Assembly: GCF_009914755.1 (NCBI RefSeq)
Contig: NC_060926.1
Direction: 5' to 3' (one strand)
DNA length: 64,000 nt
Source of the DNA: the human T2T-CHM13v2.0 reference genome, Homo sapiens
Shown here: one piece after another, positions 40,480 through 56,412 of the stretch
Numbering within the stretch: position 1 is the stretch's first letter
Layout of the letters: the number at the start of each line of letters is the position of its first letter
Translations under genes and position numbers: made by a program
The notes under the pieces: model-generated
The model's database searches: none
Seen by the model: the letters and a program-made list of their open reading frames with translations, nothing else
What the model was told of the DNA's origin: nothing

Positions 40480-40770
40480 TTATATTTATATCAATATGTT
40501 CAAGGTCTGTTTCCCTGCCTGGAATCTCATCTCCATGAGACCAGGTCTTAGATTACTCTTGGATCTATCCCCAGAACCTAGAACCATGCCTGGCTACATA
40601 GCTAGCACTCAATAGGTAACGGGTGAGTGAATAAACAACTGTGGATGTATTCTGGCTCCATCACTTGACCTTGGGCAAGTCATTGCCTCTCCAAGCCTCA
40701 GTTTCCTCCTCTGGATGTGGGGAATAATCGTTGTTCAATCAAAACATTAAAGGAGACACTCTGCTGTACC
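40480..40770 (+). mobile_element. L2 3' end followed by MIR
   Basis: CCCCAGAACCTAGAACCATGCCTGGC...CTCAATA; TGACCTTGGGCAAGTCATTGCCTCTCCAAGCCTCAGTTTCC. Confidence 0.8.
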
Positions 40771-41083
40771 TGTGCAGTAAATGTCATTTCTCTTCTCTTT
40801 CCTCTTTGCTGGTCCACTCTGAGACCTGAGAGTAAAGACGAAAGGCCTGCGTGCTGTGGCCCTGAAGCAGCAGGCACAGGGCCTCCAGGGTTTGGGGCAC
40901 TTCCCATTTTCAGAGGGAGCCATCACCTAGAAGTCACTTAAAATGTGTGGATTGCACAGAGGCAATACAGGGGAGTCCAGAGGGGCCCTTTGCAGTGTCC
41001 CATGGCCCAGGGAGGTTGCAGCCTGTCAGGAGACCACATGCCATGGGGAAGGGCACAGCACTCCTGGTTCCAGAACAGGGTCC

Positions 41084-41134
41084 CTTAATCAGAGTGTTGT
41101 CCATAGAAACACTCTGATTAAGCTTTAATCAGAG
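41084..41134. repeat. Perfect 15-bp inverted repeat overlapping a second 10-bp inverted repeat
   Basis: CTTAATCAGAGTGTT (41084-41098) / AACACTCTGATTAAG (41108-41122); CTCTGATTAA (41112-41121) / TTAATCAGAG (41125-41134). Confidence 0.95.
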
Positions 41135-42281
41135 CTGTTTAGCTGTTTCCCCACTGGACGGTAGGGTCCTTAAAGACAATGTTTGTACCTTCCTCCTCTT
41201 TATACCCTTGGCTGCTTTCTCAGAGTCTGCGCATGGTGGTTGCCGGGCTGCTCTCAGGGCTGACACAGGAAGGAGAAAAGCTGGTTGAACCTCCCCCAGT
41301 GCCTATACTGACATTTATCTTAAACAGGTTAGCCAGTGGCTGCAATCTCTGGCCAGAAGGAGCAAGCTGAAATTGCTTCAGTAAACAGCTCAGTTGAGGG
41401 CAAACCAGGGCCTCATTAAACCACAATTAGAATTTCTGCTCTGGCTTCGAAGGAACTCCATTTGGGACTTGAGACTGTTTATTTGAATAAGACTGTGGCT
41501 GGGGCTGTGGGAGGGGCAAGGCGGAGGTGGAGGTGGAGGTCAGGCGGCGGGCGTTGGATCTTTCTGTCATTCTGGACACTTTAATAATGGGAAGACCTTT
41601 GACCTGAGCCCTCCCAGATCCCTGGATTCTAGAGCCTAAATAACTATGGGCCGGCAGTTTTGAATCTCCCTCAAATGACTAATTAAATGGGATAAGGTAT
41701 GTAGCGCACTCGGCACATGGCAAGGACTCAAGAGGTGACCTGTCCCGGCATCTACACCAAAGTTGCAGAAGAAAAGCTCACTTTTCACCAAAACCCTTGT
41801 TCAGAGTGTGAAAGGCCATAATATCTTTCATTTGGCCACTATTTTTCCTATTGAAAAGGATACAAGCAAATGAATGAGCAGATCTTTTGTAGCGTGACTG
41901 CAAAAGGTTTCAGGTTCTAAATACCATATTTCTTCTAGCATTCCTGCCAAGGTTCAGCCCAGCTCCAGCTCCGGGTTCTCCCATAGCCCTTTGTATTTCT
42001 ATTCTACCACGTGGTAGTAACAAGAGCTAACGTTTTTCTCAGGGCTTTGCCTGAGAAGCACTTCTTCCGCATCGTTTTCTTGTTCAATTTTCCCAAGAGT
42101 CATTTCAGGTCAGCGTTAGTAGCTTTCTCATTTTAGACATGAGAGAAGTGAGATTCAGAGAAAGGAGGTGATTTTGCCCCCTGTGTCCAAGCCAGTAAGG
42201 AGCTCTTTGACAGATAATCCATTCAATTAGCAATCATTTATTGAGCACCTACAACATAGGGACACTTGAGATACAAAATGA

Positions 42282-42627
<346 letters not shown>

Positions 42628-43329
42628 TTAACTGCATTTCTGCGGGTCTCTGGCACAGGGTCCAGTTGCTGATATCTGCAGGTTGTACGAAGGGCTGCTT
42701 GGCTCCATGAATCAGTAAGTGTTGGGCAGCTTTGACCTCTACCCACATTCTACCTGCATACTGAGAGCACAGCACTCATGATTTTAGGAGCTAAGATCAC
42801 AGCAGGACAAATTGTATCCACTTCTCTGATGCCTAGGGCTCACACTCAGCCATGCTGAGATTCTAAAGAGGTCCTGGGCCAAATCTGCAGACTGGAGAAG
42901 ACCTCTACTTCTGCCTGACCCAGGGACCCCAGGCCCGCCCACCCGTGGCTGTAAGAATGGTAGTGAACAACTGTCCTGCGGTTAAGCAGAATCCACTGAC
43001 AGATTTATTCTATTCTTGGTGAAAAGCAGGCCAGGTTCTCTGAAAGGGTAACGATTGCATACCAGTTGATGTTTTGTGTAGACAACTAGAAAGTAGGGCT
43101 GGAAGGTTGATCAGGAAATCCGTAGCGAACTTTCCTTTTTATAGGTAAGAAAACTGAGGTCAAAAGAGAGTTTGTCCAAGCTCACTTGGCCTGCTATAGA
43201 ACAAAATATTAGAACATATAATATGGGTTGAAGAGTTGAGCTGGATAGGGAGATAGAGTCTTAACTCTGCCATTAACTTACTGTATGGCCTTGAGCAGTT
43301 CTCTCTCCACACTGGAGGTCTTAGTTTTC

Positions 43330-43694
<365 letters not shown>

Positions 43695-43865
43695 TAAATG
43701 AATCTGGATTTATATTATGTGTGCAAAGACTAGACAATATGGAATAGTATGTGTCTATTGATGGAGTCATGGTATTTACCAGAAGTATAAACTACATGTT
43801 CTCCGATGAGGTGTCCTAAGAAAAGGATCCCTTTGTAATGGTGAATTGAACTTAGGTAGGCTTAT

Positions 43866-44169
43866 TGTTTTTCTTTTTAATTTTTTGGAGACAGGGTCTT
43901 GCTCTGTTGCCCACACTGGAGTGCAGTACTGTGATCGTAGCTCACTGTAAACTTGAACTCCTGGTCTCAAGAGGTCTTCTCAACTCAGCCTCCCAAGTAG
44001 CTGGGATTACAAGCACGCACCACCAGGCCCAGCTAATTTATTTTTTGTAGACATGGGGGTCTTGTTTTGTTGTCCAGACTGATCTCGAACTCCTGGCCTC
44101 AAGTGATCCTCCCATCTCAGCTTCCCAAAAAGGCCCTGGGATTATAGGCACAAGACCCCATATCTGGCC
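43866..44169 (-). mobile_element. Alu (AluJ-like)
   Basis: J-type GATCGTAGCTCACTG; TSD AGG(T/C)AGGCTT. Confidence 0.93.
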
Positions 44170-45378
44170 AAGGCAGGCTTTTAAAATGCCTTCTGCCATA
44201 GAATGGGCCTGGTCAATACCAGGCTTTCAGTAAATGTTTGTTGAATGAATGAAGTGAACTGCAGGCTTAGGTTCTGCTGAGGCCCATATGTTGAAAAGTC
44301 AGATGGATGTTAGCTGATCCAGCGAATGTGGATCAGTGGCCGCCCGTGAGTGAGGAAATGAATGGTCACATGGGTGGATGAATCAATGAATGGGGAGGGC
44401 ACACTCCTGACACCCTGACCTGAGTGACTCCCTTGGGAACTTTCCTTCTGAGGAGTTCCTGGGGTCCATGCTCAGAGCAGCCCAAGGTAGGCTAGCATGC
44501 CAAGTCCCACGGCCATGCCAGGGCCCCCACCATGCTCACGCCCTCCAGACCAGAGGCCTCTGCAACTCTTGCCCACAGTCCTCCCTGAGAATGCCCCAGG
44601 GAGAGGTTATGAGAGACCCTGAGTGGAAGGTGAAGGTTGAGGGCAACTGTGCACAGGAGGAAACACAGACTTGACAAGTTCTGTCCCACAGCTATCCCAG
44701 GAAGGGTGCTCACCTGCCGGCTCCACCTCTTACTTCTCTGGGGTCCCGTGGAAATTCTTCCTTCCCTCTGCCCTCGTCCTCACCTTGCTCTGCTTCATTG
44801 TACACCTGTGTGAATGTTGGCCTCCCTCACTGACCTGAGCAGGTGCTGGGTCTGATGATCTCCGCACCTTGCCTAGCCCAGGGCCTGGCGTGCAGGAGGC
44901 TTCAGTCATGAAATGAATGCGTGAGTGACATGGACTCCGCCGTCTACAGCTAGTGGATCTGGCTTCCTGGAACTCAAAGCACATTGAGTAAAGACATGTT
45001 GCCTTCAGTTGTCGATAATTTTTCTTCTAAATAGGAATAACATATTTCATCCTACTGTTAGTAAACAGTTTTCAGTTTTTAATAGCAATACTTTCCTTAG
45101 CAACGAATGCTTCTATTTGTATAATCCTTTGTGGATTTTAATGTTTTATCCTGATTGTCTCACTTTCATTCTCATAGCATCCCTGGTAGAGAGAGGGGAT
45201 AGAGACCATAATCTTCCAGTTAGGGGAGAAACCGACGCTTATAGAAGTCAAGTGACTTGTCCAAGATCATGCTGAGGCCCAGGGCAGTGCTAGGATCAGC
45301 CCAGCTTTCCTGATTCCTGGCCCTGGGCTCTTGCAAAGCTATGATTTTCTGCTTTTACCTACCCCCATGGCCATGCTG

Positions 45379-45411
45379 GAAACAAACAAACAAACAAACA
45401 AACAAACAAAA
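45379..45411. repeat. (AAAC)n microsatellite
   Basis: About 8 AAAC units. Confidence 0.9.
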
Positions 45412-45956
45412 ACTAGAAGCAAAGAATGGTTTGATTGAAGAATGTTTAAAAAGAATAATGTTCTTAATTAATAACGAAAGCAAAAGCACCCTTTTAGTGG
45501 GTTCATAAACAGCAAGCTTAAACCTAATTGATTAAAATACCCTGGTACCAAGTTAACAGTGACTTCAAAAACAACGAAATCCAGACAAGACCATAATAAA
45601 AGTGTTTTCCCAGTTTTTAATTATCTTTGTTTTGTCTCAAATTTGCCTGTGACTCTTCTGTCTGGCTGAGCAGGTCACACCTGCCATTTTGACATGAGTG
45701 GGAAAGCGGTGTGGGGTGGGGAAAGGCCAGAGAGTTTAATCTGCCCCTTACTAGCTTGTTTGAAGCTTACTGACTTCAAAATAAGCACTCAATAGCTCTA
45801 GGCCTCAGCTTCCTTGCCTTTAAAATGGGCTTGCATGTAGATAAAACAGCTGCCATAGTGTCTGGCACATAGCAGATGTTCAATAAATGGACATTTGCTT
45901 CTTCTTTCTGCGTAAGATGCTTAAAGGACCTTAAAGACTCTTTAAACACAGAATGA

Positions 45957-46308
<352 letters not shown>

Positions 46309-46349
46309 TTTTATAGCCAGATTGCTACGACCCAAGTTACTTGCCTCAT

Positions 46350-46540
46350 GCAGGACTTTTGAAATCAGATCCTCTGTATTTGGTGTGGCATCAGGCATGT
46401 CATCCAGTCTCTCTGAGCCTCAGTTTTCTCATCTGCAAAACGAAGATCACAATACTGATGTGTGTGATTTGTTGGGATTGAACGAGATCCTATGGAAAGC
46501 CCTGGAGTTCAGAGCATGCTAATAGCTATTACTATTCCAT
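46350..46540 (+). mobile_element. MIR
   Basis: TCTCTGAGCCTCAGTTTTCTCATCTGCAAAA...AGCTATTACTATT. Confidence 0.8.
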
Positions 46541-46717
46541 GAGCTGGAGGAAAGAGAGCTTAGAAGCATGCGTCAGAAGACACATGTTTAAGCCCCAACT
46601 CTGCCACTCACAGGCGTCTAAGTCTGCTGCTTGAGCTTTGTTCCCATCTCTATAATGGGGAGAATGACTCCTTGCCTGCCTGCCTGCAGTGTACCTTCAG
46701 AAGCCCACAAGATAATT

Positions 46718-46892
46718 GATGGTCTTCACCTTGGCCACACCGTACAGTTACTCAAGGAGCTTTAAAAATGACCTCATGCCAGGGAACAATCTCCAATTAA
46801 CTTAATCTGGATTTGCCAAGCTGGGACTCGAGCGGGGGTGTATTAAAAACTCCCAGGTGAGTGTATGATGTTGCCAGCTTGCCAATCACTGA
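46718..46892. mobile_element. MER5-like hAT MITE
   Basis: GGAGCTTTAAAAAT...TAAAAACTCCCAGGTGA...AATCACTG. Confidence 0.6.
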
Positions 46893-48914
46893 GTTAAAGA
46901 TGCAGTTTGTTTTCTAAATCAGAGCCCTGCGTACATGAAGGGGTCAGGCAGGAGGGCTCCCCTCTAGCTCCTGGTGGGAAGGAGATTTCTCGGGGGTCAC
47001 CCTTCCTTCCTCTGCTGGGTCAGAAGGCATCAGTGTCTTTGATTCCCTGTCAACACTTCCCAGGATCCCTGGTCCATCTGAAGAGGGGAACGGTGCCGGC
47101 AGTAACCAAGGGTGTGCTGATTTTAACCTTTAAAAAAACAAGCTTTATTGTGAAGACCAAAAGGTCTTATAAACCTTAATGAGCGGCATATGTGAAACAC
47201 ATACACGAATTGCTTGTTTGAAAAATATTTCCCAGCTAGCCTTCAATAGCATAGCCTTATTATTCTAAACGGGGAGCTTGTCTTACCAGAGGACTGAACA
47301 AAACCCCAGTTGGAGATAATTATCTTAGCAGAATTCCCTGTGGGTCCCTGGAGAGGGGCTGGGGGCTGGAAGTGGCTCAAACACATGTGCTAACTTAGGT
47401 TGCCTTTGTGTACACAACAAACTCAAGAGCTGGGCTTTCGGCTGCGAGGAGAATTCCGGCTTCTGAAATGGTGACCTCAACATTCGTTTCGGGGATGGCA
47501 AATAGGTTTGTCTCCATGGGAGGGGGCAGGAGGTGGGAAGGCCAGGGATGGAAGACACGTGTCCAAACTCTTGTTACAGGCAGGAGCTGCGAGGTGCAGT
47601 GGGGAGTGTAGGAGGAACTGTGTGGGGCAGGCGGGGGAAACGGTTGGACCAGAAATCCAAAGACTGGGGCCATACCAGTCAATTCAGGGCTGGGTATGTG
47701 ACTTTGAGCAAATCACTCTTCCTGTCTAGGGCTCAATTTCTCCATGTGTGAAAAGGGGTCACTGTGGTAATTCGAGGAGATGACAAACGTAGAGGAAGAA
47801 TTAGTCCAATGTCTTCAGATGGAAAGCAATCTCTGTTCCAGTAAATGAGAACCTATGGCCCTCCCGGTGGGTAGCTACCTCACACACAGCCCACTTTCAC
47901 CTAGAAAGATGAGGCGGGAGACCCGCCCTGAAGCAGGATTTTCAGGTTCTCAGCGTCCCCGCTTCCGGGGACTGTTTAGCTGCCATTATTTGGATGGTTT
48001 GGGCTGTCAGCCCTCTGGGCCTGGCACCCAGATGTTCAGGGCCAGTGGGCCAGTGGGCTTCAATTAGCTGTGTAATTGGTTCAATTCCCAACTGCTTACT
48101 ACCCCTTAATTATCTCCCTGCTGCTTCCATTCCTGAGCTCAGGAATACCACACCCCTCCCCTTTTCCCAGCCCGGAAGCCATGGGAGGAGCTTCAGTGGG
48201 ATTTGTCCCACAGCTGCAGGCAGCCCAGGGAGAGGTGGACAGGCTCCGTCAGGCCCAGCGCACCTTTGATCCCTGTCTCCTAGAGTTCCTCCAGGAGGCT
48301 GAGGAGGAGCTTGGTTGTGACTGTGTAAGGGAGGAGGGAGTGCGTCCATGACTTTTCAGGCTTTGAGAGTGAAACCAACCAAACCAGGGATCTGGAGTAG
48401 GACTTCAGGGCTGCATTACCTTGTGCAAATGATTTTACTTCTCCCAGCCTCAATGTTCTCATCTGTAAAACGAGGCAATAAGGCCTCTCCAGAAAAGTGG
48501 CTGTTAGGGTTAAGCTAGCTAATTCTAGAAAGCACATACATAGTAATCGTGCCTGGCACCTAGGTGTGCTCTATAATAGCCCACTTTTCCTCCTGCTTCC
48601 TGAGTCCTTTCATCAGCAATAACTCTGCATGCCAGCGAGGCAGCTAATTAAAGTGGGAAGAGGCTCAGAGCAGGGGTTACCAGCTTGCTTTGGGACCATG
48701 GGCGGTTAAGCCCCATCCATGCTTTGAGCCTCAGTTTCCCCATTTGTAAAATGTTGCTCCTAAGGACCCTTCCATCCTCCAACATTCTGTGAGGGGAGAA
48801 AAAGAAACATCCTCCAAGCCCTAGGCATGTTCTAGCCCAGGCACAGCCCTGGGTCCAGCTCCTCTCCTTGCCTCCAGCACATGCACCCTGCCTGTTTTCC
48901 CACCAAGGTAAACA

Positions 48915-49100
48915 GAGTCATTAATACTTTATCTTAATTGCCACTAATGATGGTAAATTTGCCTCATTACGTAAAACGGGGCTTTCTGGTCTAATTTGTT
49001 TCCTGAGCGGAGCTGGAACATTTAAAATTTCAACTAATTCCAGCTTTGCAGCTGAACCTAATTGGTCAATTGTGGGTTACTAATGGTGGATTTGACTCCT
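48915..49100. promoter_or_regulatory. Candidate enhancer rich in homeodomain sites
   Basis: CATTAAT, CTTAATTG, CTAATGA, CATTAC, CTAATTT, CTAATTC, CTAATTGG and CTAATGG within about 185 bp of unique sequence. Confidence 0.45.
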
Positions 49101-49195
49101 CCTAGAATAGGCTTTTGGGGACAAATAAGAGACAGGATTAAAGAGAAAGAAAAGCCACACAGATCAGAGCAAAACTAGTGAAAAAGAAGTACTAG

Positions 49196-49559
<364 letters not shown>

Positions 49560-49735
49560 CAGTATTCATTTCTTTTTTTGTTTTCATAAAGTATTTTAAG
49601 TTTAGACTCCATCAACTTGGCCCTTTTATAACATTTATTAAAAGATTCGGAGTTGGTTTTACCTTCTATTCATCATCTTACCATGTTTTATTTATTGATT
49701 TATTTATTGATTGATTCTATATTGAAATATTTTTA

Positions 49736-50236
<501 letters not shown>

Positions 50237-50811
50237 TTACTGGGCTCTGGTGTTTGGGAATTTTAATTGAAAATACTGTGATGATCCTAGCCATGCTAAT
50301 TGTGTAGGTATCTTGGCAGGACCGAGATGGTGTCCCCTCTTGTCTCCTGCTCATGGGACCCACACCCAGCAGGACTCAAGAATCAAGCAAGTCAATACGG
50401 AAGGACATTTTTATATATGCTCTTGACCAGGTAAGTTTGACCCTGATGGGTAAATTTGCAACCTGTCTTTGCCTTTTCTTTCCCATTTTTTAGGAGATAA
50501 ACGCATTCCTGTCCATTTTTCCATTTAATCCTCACAACCACTTTGTGAGTTTGAAGCAAGAAAATGGTTCAGATCCCACTTTACAGACGGAGAAAGTGAG
50601 ACTCATATTGACTTCCTCAAGGTTTCTCCTAGACTTCAATGCAGCTCTTCTGGGTCCCAGAATCCAGTGAGCATCCACTGCTCTGCCAACCCTGACAGGT
50701 GTCAGGTGAGAAAAGTCCACCCAGGAAGGGAAGCAGTGGTAGAAGTAGGTCCCGGGCCTACATCAGCTCTCTTAGGCCCCTGCCTCACTCCCTCAGCCTC
50801 TTTGGCCACTC

Positions 50812-51670
<859 letters not shown>

Positions 51671-51778
51671 GAGAGTCATTCTCTGAAAAATGGATAACTG
51701 GATTATGAGTTATTCCAGATGAGGTCTGTTATGAACTGAGTTGTGCCCCCTCCCCACAAAATTCACATGTTGAAGACC

Positions 51779-52465
51779 CGTGATGGTTAATTTTAGGTGT
51801 CAGCTTGACTGGATTAAGGAGTACTAGGGAACTGGTAGAGTAGTACATCTGTGTGTGCCTGTGAGGGCTTCCAGAGGAGGCTGGCACATGAGTCAGTGGA
51901 CTGAGTGGGGAAGATTGGCCCTCAATAGGGATGGGCACCGTCCAATCAGCTGTTGGCCTTGATGGAACAAAAAGAAGAGAAGAGGATTTCCTCTCTTTCC
52001 TGGAGCTGGGACATTCTCCTCCTGCCCCTTTGGACATCAGAACTCCAGGCTCTCTGGCCTTGGACTCCAGGACTTCCACCAGCAGTCCCGTGGGTTCTCA
52101 GGCCTTCGGACTCACACTGAGAATGACACTGTTGGTTTTCTTGGTTCTGAGGTTTTTGGAATTGGACTGAGCCATGCTACCAGCATACCAGGGTCTCCAG
52201 CTTGCAGACAGCTGCTTGTGGGAATCTCAGCCTCCATAATTGAATGAGCCAATCCCCCTAATAAATCCCCTCTAGTATATATTAGAAGCTTATGCAATTG
52301 TGGAGGCTGAGAATCCCACAAGAGGCTGTCTGCAAGCTGGAGACCCTGGGATGCTGGTAGTATGACTCAGTACAATTCCAAAAACCTCAGAACCAATAAA
52401 GCCTATATATATATATCTATATATCTCCTGTCGGTTGTGTCTCTCTAAAGGACCCTGACTAAGTA
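51779..52465 (+). mobile_element. MLT2 (A/B-like) LTR carrying an internal inverted duplication
   Basis: GTGATGGTTAATTTTAGGTGTCAGCTTGACTGG start, ACCCTGACTAA end; probable TSD AG(A/C)CC. Confidence 0.9.
52134..52403. repeat. 117-bp inverted repeat with 36-nt spacer
   Basis: 52134-52250 is the reverse complement of 52287-52403, ungapped, with 13 mismatches by hand count. Confidence 0.95.
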
Positions 52466-53055
52466 AGCCCTAGCACCTGATGCGATTGTATTTGGAGATA
52501 AGACCTTTAAAGAGGTAATTAAGATTAAAAAAGATGATAAGGAAAGATTATAAGGGTGGGGCCTTAATCTTATATGACTGGTGCCCTTATAAATGGAGGA
52601 AGAGATACCAGGGATGTACCTGCACAGACAAAAGGCCACATGAAGAGACAGACAGAAGGTGGCCATCTGTAAGCCAAGGAGAAAGGCCTCAGGAGAAACC
52701 ATCCCTGTGAGCACCTTGGATCTTGGACTTTGAGCTCCAGAACTGTGAGAAATAAACTTCTGTGTTTAAGCTACCTGTGTGTGGTATTTGTTACAGTGGC
52801 CCTAGCAGACTAACAGAGGGCCCGGGTATGGTCACCTCTGCATCCCTCTCCCCTGACAATTACATGGCTCAAAACACCAAAGGCTTTCCCTCCTTAGAGC
52901 ACATTAGTGCCTGCCTGAGAGCAAAGCCATAGCAGAAACAGTGCTGCCCTTAGGGTATGAAGGGCCCTGGGCAAATATTGTTTTGCCAAGGCCCTGTCTA
53001 TCTAAACAATTTGAGTGAGAAATAATTGATAAAATTCATGGGCCCATGTGAGTTA

Positions 53056-53995
<940 letters not shown>

Positions 53996-54109
53996 TATAG
54001 TAGACCATTTAGAGCAGCATTCCTAAGTACAAGGAGGTCAGGGTGTCGCAGTAGTCCAGGCAAGAGGTTACAGAGCTCGCATCTTTTGGTGGAAACGTAA
54101 ATCAGGAGG

Positions 54110-54695
54110 CATCCTTTGGAAAGCATTTGGTAGTAATCCTCGAAGCTAAATATACATATGCCCTATGCCCAGCAGTTCCTCCCCTGGTCATATAGTTAGT
54201 AAAAATCAGTGCTTATGCTTGCCAAAGGAGGTATACAAAAATGTTCATAGCCTCATAATACATAGTAGTCAAAAACTGGGAAGCTACTCAAGTGTCCATC
54301 AACAGTAGATTGGGTAAATCAATTATGGCATATTAATACAACGGTATACAAGATAACAGTGAAAAATGCTACATGTAACAACATGGATTAATTTCTCAGA
54401 TTCTATGCTGAGCAAAGAAGCTGGCACAAAAAAGTACACACCGTACTGTATCATTTGCATGAGGGCCCCAAACAGGCCAAACTAATATATCCTGGTGAAG
54501 GTCAGATGCAGGTTACCTTTGGTGAGGTATGGGTTGGGAACAAGCACAAGGGAACCTTCTGGGAGTACTGGACATGTTGAGTCTCGATTTGGGTGTGGTT
54601 ACATGGGCATCTACATATGCAAAAACTCTCCGAGCTGTACATCTAAGATTTGTATACCTTCTGTATGTAGGATATGTGTCAATTTAAAAACCTAG
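54110..54695 (+). mobile_element. L1ME-like 3' end
   Basis: CTTTGGAAAGCATTTGG...CCAGCAGTTCCTCCCCTGG...AATGTTCATAGC...GGTTACATGGGCATCTACATATGCAAAAACTC. Confidence 0.8.
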
Positions 54696-54984
54696 AAGAT
54701 GTGTGTGTTTATGTATGTGGGAGGGAAGGAGAGGAGGGAGAGAGAGAAAGTTGGAGGCGGGTGGTGGATTAGATTGGTGGCGATGGAATTGTGAGCCATC
54801 AACTAACTGAACTAATTGGAGAGATGTTTGGGCACCAGAGAGCCTAACTCTAACCACACAAAATAGGTCTCACTGCCCTCATTTTTGAAAGGAGGAAACT
54901 GAGGCTCAGAGACAGCAAATGGTGGAGTAGGGATTTGAACTCCCTCTGCTAGATTCCGAGGCTGGAAGCACGCACTCCTTTCTG

Positions 54985-55376
54985 AGGCCACATGCTCCTG
55001 GAATGTGACCCCATCCTCTTTTCCGGAGGCGAAGCTACTGACCCATCTGGGTTGGTGGGCATCATCCTGCTCCCCTGGCCAGGGAGTGGGTTAGAGGCTG
55101 ACAGGGGACCAAGATCATCTCCATCGATTGTGAAGAGAAGTCAGCTGGGGGCTTCTGAGAAAGTTGTCCTTCACCATCAAAGGAGCCACAAGGAATACAC
55201 ACTTATCATCTGTCCGGGGGCATTGCTGTGTCTGGACGTGCTGGTTGGAAGTGCAGCTGCCATCTCTAGAGCACAGAGGGGACTAGCTAAAGTTGATTGA
55301 CACTCTGAGGTTTGTGTTTTAAGCTGTTAAATTCAGGGCCACAAAATTGTCACTTAGCAATAGATAATCAATACAA
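54985..55376 (+). mobile_element. MLT1 LTR fragment(s)
   Basis: GTGCTGGTTGGAAGTGCAGCTGCCATCT; ends TTAGCAATAGATAATCAATACA. Confidence 0.55.
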
Positions 55377-55594
55377 TTCTTAACCAATAGTGGTCAGGAA
55401 TAAATGCCCTGGCCTTCCATGCTTTGGAAGGACACTTCTGCCAGTTATTCAGAGAGTTCCCAGTGCAACTGAGCCCTGGGTGCCATAGTGAAAACCAGTG
55501 CGATGACACACCCATTTTGGACTTTCCCTCTGACCCTTTCTTTTTTTCAGATTTCCAGGACCATTTCTCAGAATAATCTCATCAGAAGTGACGA

Positions 55595-55654
55595 GATTAT
55601 TTCTCAGCAGCCGAAGGCTAGGCTGATCATTTCTCAGCAGCTGAAGGCTAGGCT
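55595..55654. repeat. 30-bp tandem duplication
   Basis: GAT(T/C)ATTTCTCAGCAGC(C/T)GAAGGCTAGGCT x2. Confidence 0.95.
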
Positions 55655-56044
55655 GCCACTGGCCCCAGAATTCACCACAGGACAGAACTTAGAGAGGCTA
55701 GTGGCCCCTTGACCTCTCTTGCATCCACTCCCTAGCCTGGGCATGTCAGAGGCTGCACCCTGGTGTGGACTTGCTATGGAGGCAAAGGCTTAGAGCCTGG
55801 ACCAGCATCTGTGGGCAAGGACTGAGCCTGGAAGGTTTTGCTCTTGACATTGTACACCCTCATTCCCACCCCTCCCACCTGCTGCCCACATTCAAGGTTT
55901 TTGACACGAGTGTACTCCTGCTTAGTTCCTTTTGTGGGGCCGCATTTGGGGTGCTTTGCCCTCCCTACTGAGAGTGAGGGGCCCCGGGATCTTCCCAATC
56001 CTCTCTCCCCAGTGGCCCTGTTTCCTATGTCCTTGCTTGGCCTC

Positions 56045-56412
56045 TGTATTTGCCCATTTCCACGCTGCTGATAAAGACATATCCAAAACTGGGCAATTTA
56101 CAAACGAAAGAGTTTAATGGAGAACTCACAGTTTCAAGTGCCTGGGGAAGCCTCACAATCATGGTGGAAGGTGAGGAGGAGCAAGTCACATCTTACGTGG
56201 ATGGCAGCAGGCAAAGAGGGAGCGTGTGAAAGGCAACTCCCGTTTATAAAACCATCAGATCTCGTGAGACCCATTCACTATTATAAGAACAGCACAGGAA
56301 AGACTCACCCCTATGATTCAATCATCTCCCTCCAGGTCCCTCCCACAACATGTGCGAATTATGGGAGCTATGAGATGAGATTTGGGTGGGGACACAGAGC
56401 CAAACCATATCA
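56045..56412 (-). mobile_element. THE1 (A/B-like) solo LTR
   Basis: TGTATT...GCTGATAAAGACATA...GGGGACACAGAGCCAAACCATATCA; perfect 5-bp TSD GCCTC. Confidence 0.95.

Larger units (their letters stand above)
51727..52815 (+). mobile_element. MLT1A-like MaLR LTR, split by MLT2
   Basis: TGTTATGAACTGAGTTGTGCCCC...GTTGAAG, resuming GTATTTGGAGATAAGACCTTTAAAGAGG...CTAGCAGACTAACA. Confidence 0.88.
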
